Origin: a virus
DNA length: 64,000 bases
Direction: 5' to 3' (one strand)
Virus record (IMG/VR): IMGVR_UViG_3300015371_000002
Span: 32,001-96,000 of that record
Part shown: positions 48,952-57,221 of the stretch, piece by piece
How positions within the stretch are numbered: the stretch's first letter is position 1
Layout of the letters: every line of letters starts with the position of its first letter
Position numbers and translations under genes: made by a program
The notes under the pieces: generated by a model
What the model saw: the letters and a program-made list of their open reading frames with translations, nothing else
The model's database searches: none
What the model was told of the DNA's origin: nothing

Positions 48952-48976
48952 CAGATACCCTGCGGTATACTATATT
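48948..48976 (+). promoter_or_regulatory. Sigma70-like early promoter P4
   Basis: TTGACA-N17-TATATT with GATACC/GGTAT palindrome. Confidence 0.8.
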
Positions 48977-49013
48977 GCAGGCAACAACAATTCAGCAAAT
49001 CCAGAGGCAACCA

Positions 49014-49580
49014 ATGACCGAATATAGCAATCCACGCTTACGCGCCGTGATCGACAATTGGCCCATCGGCAGCAAGCGTTGCACCGCAACGTTTATGATC
49101 GAGCGCAACGGCAAGGGAGAGCGCGGAGTTCGCACAACGGTTGGTGCACCCAAGAAGCTGACCTATGCCCGCAAGGCGCGCATTGTCGACGGTGACGATG
49201 GGCGAACGTATATCGCCGAGCTGTCGGCATACGGTTTCGTCTCAATTATGCGCGGCGACATGAAGTTTCAGCATGAAGCGGTGTTCGATACCGACCCGCG
49301 GTTTCGGGCGATCATGTCGCTATTCTCGGAGGGCCGACAGATGACCTGCTTTCCCGTTCGTGAGCCATCACTCGCAGCGTTAACCGACGCGCCAGTGTCT
49401 TTCCGCTACGGATCGAACAAGCGGCGCATCCTAGTCGATGCGTTGACGGCTCGGGCCATCCTGGCCGTTGTCGCTGCTATCAGCGATGAGAACCGCGAGA
49501 AGCTAGAGCGTATGATTAAGTCACCATCCGGACTTGCGAAAGTTGCCGACTTTGCCATGAGCAAGTGTTCGATAGCTTGA
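49014..49580 (+). CDS. Early hypothetical protein
   Basis: GAGG SD downstream of P4; MTEYSNPRL... Confidence 0.7.
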   Translation: MTEYSNPRLRAVIDNWPIGSKRCTATFMIERNGKGERGVRTTVGAPKKLTYARKARIVDGDDGRTYIAELSAYGFVSIMRGDMKFQHEAVFDTDPRFRAIMSLFSEGRQMTCFPVREPSLAALTDAPVSFRYGSNKRRILVDALTARAILAVVAAISDENREKLERMIKSPSGLAKVADFAMSKCSIA

Positions 49581-49612
49581 CTCTCGCATGTCCAATCGAA
49601 GGGGATCATTCA

Positions 49613-49858
49613 ATGGAACACGTCACGCGATATGTCGGCACCTATGTGAACAGCAACGGCGAGCGAACCTTAATGTCGGCAGCACAAGGACGCCATACCT
49701 ACGCTTCGGCTGAAGAAGCGCAGGCCTGGATCGACGCTGTTACCACGAACAACAGCGCCGATACGCTGAGGCAGGTCTGGGGCGATAACCCGCAATTCGA
49801 GGTTCGCCCCTGCCCCTGCTACCCGGGGCACTTTGACCCGCAAACTGTATGGTTCTGA
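49613..49858 (+). CDS. Early hypothetical protein
   Basis: Repeat supplies SD; CYPGHFDP tail. Confidence 0.65.
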   Translation: MEHVTRYVGTYVNSNGERTLMSAAQGRHTYASAEEAQAWIDAVTTNNSADTLRQVWGDNPQFEVRPCPCYPGHFDPQTVWF

Positions 49859-49923
49859 CGGCGCGGGCGCCCCATTCATAGCGGGGCGCCTCTCCAATCG
49901 AAGGAGCGAAATAGGAGGAAATC

Positions 49924-50386
49924 ATAGGCTTAGATATGTATTTGGAAAAGCGCCCATTACGTGAAGAACTGGGACAACATGGGACCGGAAGAGCGGCATC
50001 AGGTAACGGTGCTAAAAGGTGGCAAGCCGACGACCATTAAGCCGGAACGCGTCAGTTACGTGATCGAGCAGGTTGCATACTGGCGTAAGGCAAACGCTAT
50101 TCATCAGTGGTTCGTCGAACACGTGCAGAATGGCGAAGATGACTGCAAGCCATATGTATGCGACTCTGACAAGCTGAAGGAACTATTGAGCGCAGTGGAT
50201 GCGGTGCTGAAATGCCGCAAGAAGGCCAAGGAACTATTACCCACACAGGAAGGGTTTTTCTTCGGCAGCATCGAGTATGACGAATACTATCGGCAATACC
50301 TGAAGGACACCAAGCGGATGCTTGAGGAGATCCTTGCCGAACCCGATGCAGACATCAGTGAGTATGTTTATCAGTCTAGTTGGTAA
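49924..50386 (+). pseudogene. Disrupted MGLDMYL...YWRKANAIH-type phage protein
   Basis: AGGAGG then ATA-GGC-TTA-GAT-ATG-TAT-TTG (xGLDMYL), one extra C at CGCCCAT, then frame +1 continues ...YWRKANAIHQWF...GFFFGS.EYDE.Y...YQSSW. Confidence 0.65.
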
Positions 50387-50412
50387 CGCCGCTCCAATCG
50401 AAGGAGGCCAAA

Positions 50413-50601
50413 ATGATCGTCCGTAGTCCAGACCCGCGTTTGGTTCGTAAGGCGCACAAGGCGCTGATGTGGTCGCGCGATTATCAGAGCGGCGAGGCCA
50501 CGCGACCAGATCCGCTGGCATTCACGCCGGAGATGGAGCGCGCCACGCAGCAGTGGATTGCGCACATGCTGCGTCTTGGCATTGGGAAGGAAACGCGATG
50601 A
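50413..50601 (+). CDS. Early hypothetical protein
   Basis: Repeat supplies AAGGAGG SD. Confidence 0.6.
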   Translation: MIVRSPDPRLVRKAHKALMWSRDYQSGEATRPDPLAFTPEMERATQQWIAHMLRLGIGKETR

Positions 50602-51038
50602 AAACCGATGACGATGATGCGGCCATGCCAAAGAGCATGTTCGCCTTGCCCACGCACTTGCGGGACCTGCTGGACCGTTACGCGAAGGAGCGCGGGATCA
50701 AGAAGCCCGAAGCTGTGCGCCATATCCTGGCACTGTTCTTCGCCAGCCAAGAGGACGGACACCTGTCCAGCCAGGACGCGTTGGCGCGCATGGCGGAGGT
50801 GGCCGGGCAACAGGCTGGCAACCGCAACGCCCGCGAGCATGGCCGTGAGGCATGGTCAGGCGAGGATTTCCGCATAGCCGGCGAGGCAGCGGGGCGGATG
50901 GCGGCACGGTTGGCAGAAATCTGGGCCCCACTCCAATCGAAGGGGGCCGAACCAGATGCTCTTACCTCGACCGATGTTGCCGTGGAGATTAGTGACGGTT
51001 TGGCTACCCCGAGGGTGGCCCGGCGGAAACGCGCGTGA
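50598..51038 (+). CDS. Ribbon-helix-helix domain protein
   Basis: FALPTHLRDLLDRYAKERGIKKPEAVRHIL; ATGA coupling. Confidence 0.6.
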   Translation: MKTDDDDAAMPKSMFALPTHLRDLLDRYAKERGIKKPEAVRHILALFFASQEDGHLSSQDALARMAEVAGQQAGNRNAREHGREAWSGEDFRIAGEAAGRMAARLAEIWAPLQSKGAEPDALTSTDVAVEISDGLATPRVARRKRA

Positions 51039-51066
51039 TCGCAACCCCACTCCAATCGAAGGGGGC

Positions 51067-51654
51067 ATGGAGGAAAGCATGACTACCGAGCGGCGGGCGC
51101 AGCAGCACGAGCAAGTCCTAAGGCATTGCCTGCGAGCGCTAGCTGGCGATTTGCTGCGTGCCATTGCGGGCGGTAGCGCCAGTAAGATTGTCGAACGCAT
51201 TGGCGAGGCCAATGAGGCGATAGAGAATTGGTTTGATGGACGGCAGTGCATGCCATTCGGCCAACGCACGGTCGAAGCTATGCTTTGGTTAGAGGAAGAT
51301 CGCGACGGCTATGATGATCACAGAAAAGTCGAGCACGACATGATCATTGCCGCACTGCGAACGGTATCGGCTCGCATGCTACCTATGCCGCATATTCGTA
51401 ATGATTGGTTTAAGTATGAAGACATCAACGCTCTAGCTGAGCTGCGCAAGAAGCGGCGAGAGCAGATGGAAAGAAAGTGGGCAAAATGGCGGGCGCGCTC
51501 GCCAGAGCACAAACAACCGGCAAATGATGTCTTACCGAAAGCCAACAAGGCGAAAGTCAACAAGACTGAACGACGGATCGCAATCCGAAAGCAAGCGCGG
51601 CAGGCTCAGAGAAGTCGTATGGGCATCGCCGCCACTCCAATCGAAGGAGACTAA
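51067..51654 (+). CDS. Early hypothetical protein with basic C-terminus
   Basis: Repeat upstream; ends TPIEGD. Confidence 0.65.
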   Translation: MEESMTTERRAQQHEQVLRHCLRALAGDLLRAIAGGSASKIVERIGEANEAIENWFDGRQCMPFGQRTVEAMLWLEEDRDGYDDHRKVEHDMIIAALRTVSARMLPMPHIRNDWFKYEDINALAELRKKRREQMERKWAKWRARSPEHKQPANDVLPKANKAKVNKTERRIAIRKQARQAQRSRMGIAATPIEGD

Positions 51655-51656
51655 AT

Positions 51657-51761
51657 TTGGCATGTCCTGACATGGGCTGGCCGGCTGTCATTGGCGGGCT
51701 GGGGGCTCTCTGGGCAGTCGTGGCCCTGATGCTGGGGCTGGCCTGGTTGTTGCACGAATGA
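51657..51761 (+). CDS. Small membrane peptide (34 aa)
   Basis: TTG start after repeat SD; GWPAVIGGLGALWAVVALMLGLAWLL; fills gap between copies. Confidence 0.45.
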   Translation: MACPDMGWPAVIGGLGALWAVVALMLGLAWLLHE

Positions 51762-51786
51762 CCCACTCCAATCGAAGGTGACTGAA

Positions 51787-52335
51787 ATGCGCCTCGTGCA
51801 CTACGCGTCGGAGCCGTTTGGCGAGTTGGAGGAATTCGGTGAACCACCCGAGAAAGACTGGCGCACCTATTTCTACAAACCGCATGGTTTGTGGGTATCC
51901 GACGAAGATGCCGAGGGTGGCTGGCGTGAGTGGTGCATCGACAACCGGTTCAATCTGGAGTGCCTCACCCACGTGCATGATGTGGTATTGGCGCCCGATG
52001 CCAAGGTGTTGGTCATCAGCAACCCTCGTCGGCTCGACCAGTTCACCGCCGATTTTCGCCTACCGTCCTATTACGACAAGAAGCTTGCGGACGATATGCG
52101 GAGCTTCGTTGCAAGTTACGGCCTCGGATGGCGCGAGGTGGCGAAGATCTACGACGGCCTGATTATTACGCCATACCTCTGGGAGCGGCGGCTCGATCCG
52201 ACGTGCATGTGGTATTACGGATGGGATTGCGCCGGCGGTTGCTTATGGCACACGCGCGCTATCCAGTCGGTCACGCTGCGTGAGGTCGTGCCAATCCCTG
52301 AGACCACTCCAATCGAAGGGGAGTCAAATGGTTGA
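51787..52335 (+). CDS. Early hypothetical protein (KP.GLW.S...YGWDC family)
   Basis: H, KPHGLWVS, W..V...YDG.I, YGWDC motifs; ends TPIEGESNG. Confidence 0.7.
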   Translation: MRLVHYASEPFGELEEFGEPPEKDWRTYFYKPHGLWVSDEDAEGGWREWCIDNRFNLECLTHVHDVVLAPDAKVLVISNPRRLDQFTADFRLPSYYDKKLADDMRSFVASYGLGWREVAKIYDGLIITPYLWERRLDPTCMWYYGWDCAGGCLWHTRAIQSVTLREVVPIPETTPIEGESNG

Positions 52336-52531
52336 GCCTGACAGCATCGAGGTGGACGGCGTCTACCGCACCATGGAGGCGTTCTGGACGGTGACCGAGA
52401 TCGTCGATGGTAAGGTGGACCTGCGCCGTGATGACGGAAAGCTGGCGCGGTTTGGCTTGGCGCACTTCGCACAGATCGTGGAACGTAGGGTTACTCCAAT
52501 CGAAGGGGGCCAAAACAATGGACCACGGTGA
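52328..52531 (+). CDS. Early hypothetical protein
   Basis: Between repeat copies. Confidence 0.6.
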   Translation: MVEPDSIEVDGVYRTMEAFWTVTEIVDGKVDLRRDDGKLARFGLAHFAQIVERRVTPIEGGQNNGPR

Positions 52532-52784
52532 TGGCAATATGCAGCGCTGGAAGCGTGGCGCGACGAGAGAAGAATTACGCATGTCTCTCGTGGGTTTAAT
52601 GGAGAGCATTAACCATGATGCCAAGGAGGGCATCGAAATCTGCGTTCGGCTAAGCACCAAGGAAGGCTGCGAAGGTCCGGGCACCCTAGGCACCGACTAT
52701 TTCATCAAGATTATGCAGGCGGTTACGTGGATTGATGATCTCGTGGGGGATTTGGAGCTTGCCGAAGAAAGGCTGATCCCATGA
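52518..52784 (+). CDS. Early hypothetical protein
   Basis: Repeat supplies SD. Confidence 0.6.
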   Translation: MDHGDGNMQRWKRGATREELRMSLVGLMESINHDAKEGIEICVRLSTKEGCEGPGTLGTDYFIKIMQAVTWIDDLVGDLELAEERLIP

Positions 52785-52948
52785 GCCCGGCGGTTCTGGT
52801 GCTGCTCTTCACGTTCGCCAGCGGCGCGGGTGCCGTAGCGACGGTCGACATGCCGTCTATGCAGATATGCAAGGCTGCTGCGAACGAAGCCATTGTCGCG
52901 CATGAACGCGATACGTCAGCGCGGTGCATATCACGCGTCGCAAAATAA
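52781..52948 (+). CDS. Small exported/membrane protein (55 aa)
   Basis: MSPAVLVLLFTFASG..., two Cys; ATGA coupling. Confidence 0.5.
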   Translation: MSPAVLVLLFTFASGAGAVATVDMPSMQICKAAANEAIVAHERDTSARCISRVAK

Positions 52949-52993
52949 TCTACTTGCGTTCCTCGAGGGGTGTCCAATCGAAGGGGGCCAAAA

Positions 52994-53305
52994 ATGGCGG
53001 GACTAACCAGCTATGCACGGGACAAGCTGCTGGCAGAATTGCAATCGGGCACGATGACATCCGGCGCTGTCTCGATCGACGTCGGTCATTTGCCCGCAGG
53101 TTACGTCAGGTTCGATAGCTGGCCCAAGGCGCCCGCGCCCGTCCATGGCTTGCTGACCGATCCGGAGACCGGCCAGTCGTGGCGGATCAGCTTGAATCAG
53201 GTTACCAAGCAGTGGGAAATTGTGGACGATCCCAGTCCAAGGATCAGCAAGGCAGCCCTGGAGGCGAAGATCGCCGATGCAGCATTGCGAGCGGCCAAGG
53301 AATGA
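52994..53305 (+). CDS. Early hypothetical protein
   Basis: Last repeat copy supplies SD. Confidence 0.6.
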   Translation: MAGLTSYARDKLLAELQSGTMTSGAVSIDVGHLPAGYVRFDSWPKAPAPVHGLLTDPETGQSWRISLNQVTKQWEIVDDPSPRISKAALEAKIADAALRAAKE

Positions 53306-53577
53306 CGTGGGGGCCGTATCATAGGGTCTGGCATAGACCGATAAAACGCAAGCGGCGGTGGAGGTGCCTGCACTGCCAGCTTCTGCACCGACGCAACAAC
53401 CTCGACCGGGTGCCGATTTACGCCATTGACCGGTTTCTTGGCCGAGTAGTGCGAGAACACGACAAGCTATGGAGCGCGCTGAAGGTCGGATGGTGCCCAT
53501 GCAAGGCTACGGTCGAAATGCTGCCGTCGAATACCCCGCATCTGCGACGTATCAAGCGAGAGCGGTTACGACCGTAG
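53302..53577 (+). CDS. Basic hypothetical protein with CxxC
   Basis: ATGA coupling; ends at terminator. Confidence 0.5.
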   Translation: MTWGPYHRVWHRPIKRKRRWRCLHCQLLHRRNNLDRVPIYAIDRFLGRVVREHDKLWSALKVGWCPCKATVEMLPSNTPHLRRIKRERLRP

Positions 53578-53580
53578 GGC

Positions 53581-53620
53581 AAAAGAAATGGCGGGGACCT
53601 AAAGCCACCCGCCCAGTTTT
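53581..53620. terminator. Probable bidirectional terminator at end of early island
   Basis: AAAAGAAA-TGGCGGG...CCCGCCCA-GTTTT at the convergence of plus and minus gene blocks. Confidence 0.6.
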
Positions 53621-53872
53621 GCAAACCCAAAAGCAACAGACACAATGGAAGGTTTGTTGCTCAGATGCCGATATAGCCGAAAGTGGCGGGCATTACAATA
53701 GCTTCGGTGGTCGCGCGGGATCGTGGCCATTCCATTCTGGCACATCAACAGCTTCTCCAGGCGGCTGGATCGCCATAATGACGATAATCAGGACCACGGC
53801 GAGCGCCAGAACTGCGATCAGTGTCCAAATGATAAAGCGGAAGAACCTTACGGGCTGGCGGGGCAACGCATG

Positions 53873-54142
53873 TCAGCGCAGGGACGTGATCCTGCCAACG
53901 GCTGCATCACTCCCAGGTTTTACCCGCTCGGCCCGTTCGACCGTGCCACCCAGAACACGCCGCTGGTTCTTCGTCGTGCGGCCCTGGACGAGATCTTCAC
54001 AGACCTGATCCACCCGCCGCTGCACCGCCTTTTCCGACACATCGACAGAGTCCGGCTTCGGCTCATCGGCCTTGGTGAGGTAGGTGTCGGTGTAATATTC
54101 GATGATGTATTCGGTAGGCCCAACGTATTGCGGATTTGGCAT
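53873..54142 (-). CDS. Hypothetical protein
   Basis: AGGAG SD before MPNPQYVG. Confidence 0.55.
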   Translation of the reverse strand: MPNPQYVGPTEYIIEYYTDTYLTKADEPKPDSVDVSEKAVQRRVDQVCEDLVQGRTTKNQRRVLGGTVERAERVKPGSDAAVGRITSLR

Positions 54143-54264
54143 GGGCGGCTCCTGGTGGCGGCTGAACCGACAATTTGGCGCGCCGGAATTACGCCCCCGA
54201 CGCAAGGCGATCAGCACGAGGGCCCAGCTTCCCGGAAGGACCGCGCGCCGACATTCTATTGGAA

Positions 54265-54519
54265 TTACGCCGGATCGGGGTCGGGCTCCGGCTCATCGTT
54301 GGTGTCCTCGGTAATTCGCCCGTCTTTGCCGTCCAGCATGACACGGGCGGTAGCGCCCGCCGCGTTGGTCGCTGAGCAGGCCCAATTACGCCCGCGGTGC
54401 TTCAGATCGGTGACGTTGGTATAACCTGCATCGGCCAGTGCCTGCTCGGCTCCGGCATCGTCCTGCACGGCGTCGTGAGAGTGGCCGTGCGGGTGCGCTG
54501 GATGTGGAGGTGCAGCCAT
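54265..54519 (-). CDS. PepSY-domain protein
   Basis: AL.DAGYTNVTDL......W...A....G....V.LD...G.I. Confidence 0.7.
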   Translation of the reverse strand: MAAPPHPAHPHGHSHDAVQDDAGAEQALADAGYTNVTDLKHRGRNWACSATNAAGATARVMLDGKDGRITEDTNDEPEPDPDPA

Positions 54520-54656
54520 TTGGGTTATCTCCTGTTTTAGAAATTACAGCGGGTCACGGCCAGGCACCGACCAGCAGCCACCACAGGACCAAGGCCGGTG
54601 TGGCATACCAGAGGGCCGCCGCGAACACTGCGAGCAACAGAATAAATAGGGTCAGC

Positions 54657-54908
54657 TCACCGCAAGCCTTCGTCCTGATAGCCGCTATCCCATGCGCGCG
54701 CCTGTTCGGTGTCCCTGAAATAGGGGTTGTTCGAATCTTTTGCCTGTCGGCGCACCAGCATGCCTTGGACATAGGCGCGACCGATGCTCTGATTATGTGT
54801 CTCTTGGGCAGCGCTGTTCTCTGGCACCAACACCGGGACAGGCTTTGCCGACGGCTTGTGGCCCCTAAGCCAGCGTCGCAACTGCTGATGCCATTTGGTC
54901 TCGGTCAT
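54657..54908 (-). CDS. Hypothetical protein
   Basis: AY..G......NPY.......AW..GY motif. Confidence 0.5.
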   Translation of the reverse strand: MTETKWHQQLRRWLRGHKPSAKPVPVLVPENSAAQETHNQSIGRAYVQGMLVRRQAKDSNNPYFRDTEQARAWDSGYQDEGLR

Positions 54909-55021
54909 CAGCCGAGCACCACGACTTGGTCGTGATAAACCCAGAAAGCGAGACCGAGCAGCACGACCACGGCGATGACGTAGTAGATCCTACGGGTTTT
55001 CATGGCTTGCCATGGTTTATC

Positions 55022-55792
<771 letters not shown>

Positions 55793-55795
55793 TCG

Positions 55796-56005
55796 CTATT
55801 TCATCCCTGTCAGGGCTGTTGTGCAAACGCTGAACAGCTTCATCACCGCTTCGATGCGCGTGATGGCCAAATCGTGCATGAACCATAGCATGCCGAGAAT
55901 GAAGATGAGGTTTATACAGAGGAGCGCAACAAATGACGGCGGTAGTGTGCCGGTGACCTTGATGGCGACATCACGCACGTCTTCTGAGATTGTCATCATA
56001 TCCAC
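55796..56005 (-). CDS. Small membrane protein (holin-like candidate)
   Basis: One TM segment; lysis region. Confidence 0.5.
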   Translation of the reverse strand: MDMMTISEDVRDVAIKVTGTLPPSFVALLCINLIFILGMLWFMHDLAITRIEAVMKLFSVCTTALTGMK

Positions 56006-56230
56006 GCTCCATTTATAGTTAATTGCCGACGTTAGATTCGTCGTCAGGGGCGCGGATGCAGGTCACGAAACCGACGATATGGTGCTCTACGAACTCCCTA
56101 TTCTTGCGCAATGCCATGATCTGACACGACACATGATCGAACAGAGTGCTAGGACTGTAGACAATGACGTGGGGCGGGACATCGGCCGACAGGATTGCTG
56201 CGGTGATAACCCACGCGCCCCAAATCGAGG

Positions 56231-56434
56231 TCAATCCTCGACCGCTTCCCAGAGATCGCACACATCATCTGCCCTGGGCATTTCGTAGGGTGAGCCCATG
56301 CATAGACAGGCGCCGGGTGTGTCGGTCGCGAGGGTCTTTGCTTTCGTATACCAATAATTGCAGAGATAGCAGGCGCGGCGTGGTTCTACGCTATCGACAA
56401 CCTGCGGCGTGCTCTCTTGGGGAGCTGGTATCAT
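56231..56434 (-). CDS. Small four-Cys protein
   Basis: CxxC..W...G.C...........C..W. Confidence 0.55.
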   Translation of the reverse strand: MIPAPQESTPQVVDSVEPRRACYLCNYWYTKAKTLATDTPGACLCMGSPYEMPRADDVCDLWEAVED

Positions 56435-57210
56435 GTGGTCGTGGCCTCCATTAAACGAATGGTCCAGAAGGACGACGAAAGGTTACCAGTTATATAACTA
56501 TATGGCATTGTGCAATAGCCATTTGCGCCCCAGTTAGCGCCCCAGCTATTTCTCACGATAAATCGCTGGGTGTGGTCATCATGACCAACGACGGCCATGC
56601 AATGCCCGCCCAGGTTTTCTTCACCGCGAGCTGGCAGCGGAACAACGCCGGTGTTGGCGACAGCGTCACTCTCGAAGCTCTCGAACACAGAACATCCGAA
56701 GACGACCGGGAAACCCTCGGTCAGGCAGGCCTTTATCTGCGTCGTTGATTTGGTGACGCTCCAATATTGCACCGACTGGCGTAACAGCGCATCGGTGTAG
56801 GCATTGGTCGGTGGCTTTACCGCGAACCGCGTAATGACGTAGGGCCATTCATGCTCATGTGGCGCGCCGAATTTGGCAATCACCTTAATTCCATCGCGTA
56901 TGGTGCACCCAGCGTCGATGCTGGTCGTGTGCTCCATGACGCGAGCGTTGTAATAGATAAACAAACGTGACGGGATGACGTCCGGCAGGTTCTGCCGCTT
57001 CCAGTCGAAATGCACGGCATAGGCGACGCCCTGGCCAACACATGACCCCAACTGGCCCTGGTCCCAGATCGGCGGGCTTTGTGGCCGTAGGTCGGTCGCG
57101 GCCGGTAGGCCCACGCGCATAACCGCATACGGCGCGGCGTAGAGAAAGTCATGGTCTGGCCGATCAGGATTCCACCCCATCCCGCCGTGTTTCAGATATT
57201 TCCGCCGCAT
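56431..57210 (-). CDS. Papain-family (C1A) cysteine peptidase
   Basis: DQGQLGSC, SRLFIYYN, GGHCM..VG, RNSWG..WG..GY catalytic motifs. Confidence 0.92.
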   Translation of the reverse strand: MRRKYLKHGGMGWNPDRPDHDFLYAAPYAVMRVGLPAATDLRPQSPPIWDQGQLGSCVGQGVAYAVHFDWKRQNLPDVIPSRLFIYYNARVMEHTTSIDAGCTIRDGIKVIAKFGAPHEHEWPYVITRFAVKPPTNAYTDALLRQSVQYWSVTKSTTQIKACLTEGFPVVFGCSVFESFESDAVANTGVVPLPARGEENLGGHCMAVVGHDDHTQRFIVRNSWGANWGANGYCTMPYSYITGNLSSSFWTIRLMEATTT

Positions 57211-57221
57211 GCTGCCTCCGG

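Larger units (their letters stand above)
47628..52987 (+). repeat. Dispersed start-associated repeat TCCAATCGAAGG(A/G)G, 19 copies
   Basis: Core CCAATCGAAG starts at 47630, 47841, 47874, 48141, 48302, 48499 (G variant), 48690, 48901, 48930, 49592, 49894, 50394, 50933, 51052, 51637, 51768, 52309, 52496, 52974; all plus strand. Confidence 0.95.

Noticed and set aside
47628-52987. CRISPR array interpretation of the TCCAATCGAAG repeats
   Set aside because: Repeat is only 11-20 bp, spacing varies from 29 to about 660 bp, intervals are ORFs, and no cas genes are present
47628-52987. Classical integron attC array
   Set aside because: No RYYYAAC/GTTRRRY boxes, no long palindromic attC and no integrase in the window; kept only as an analogy
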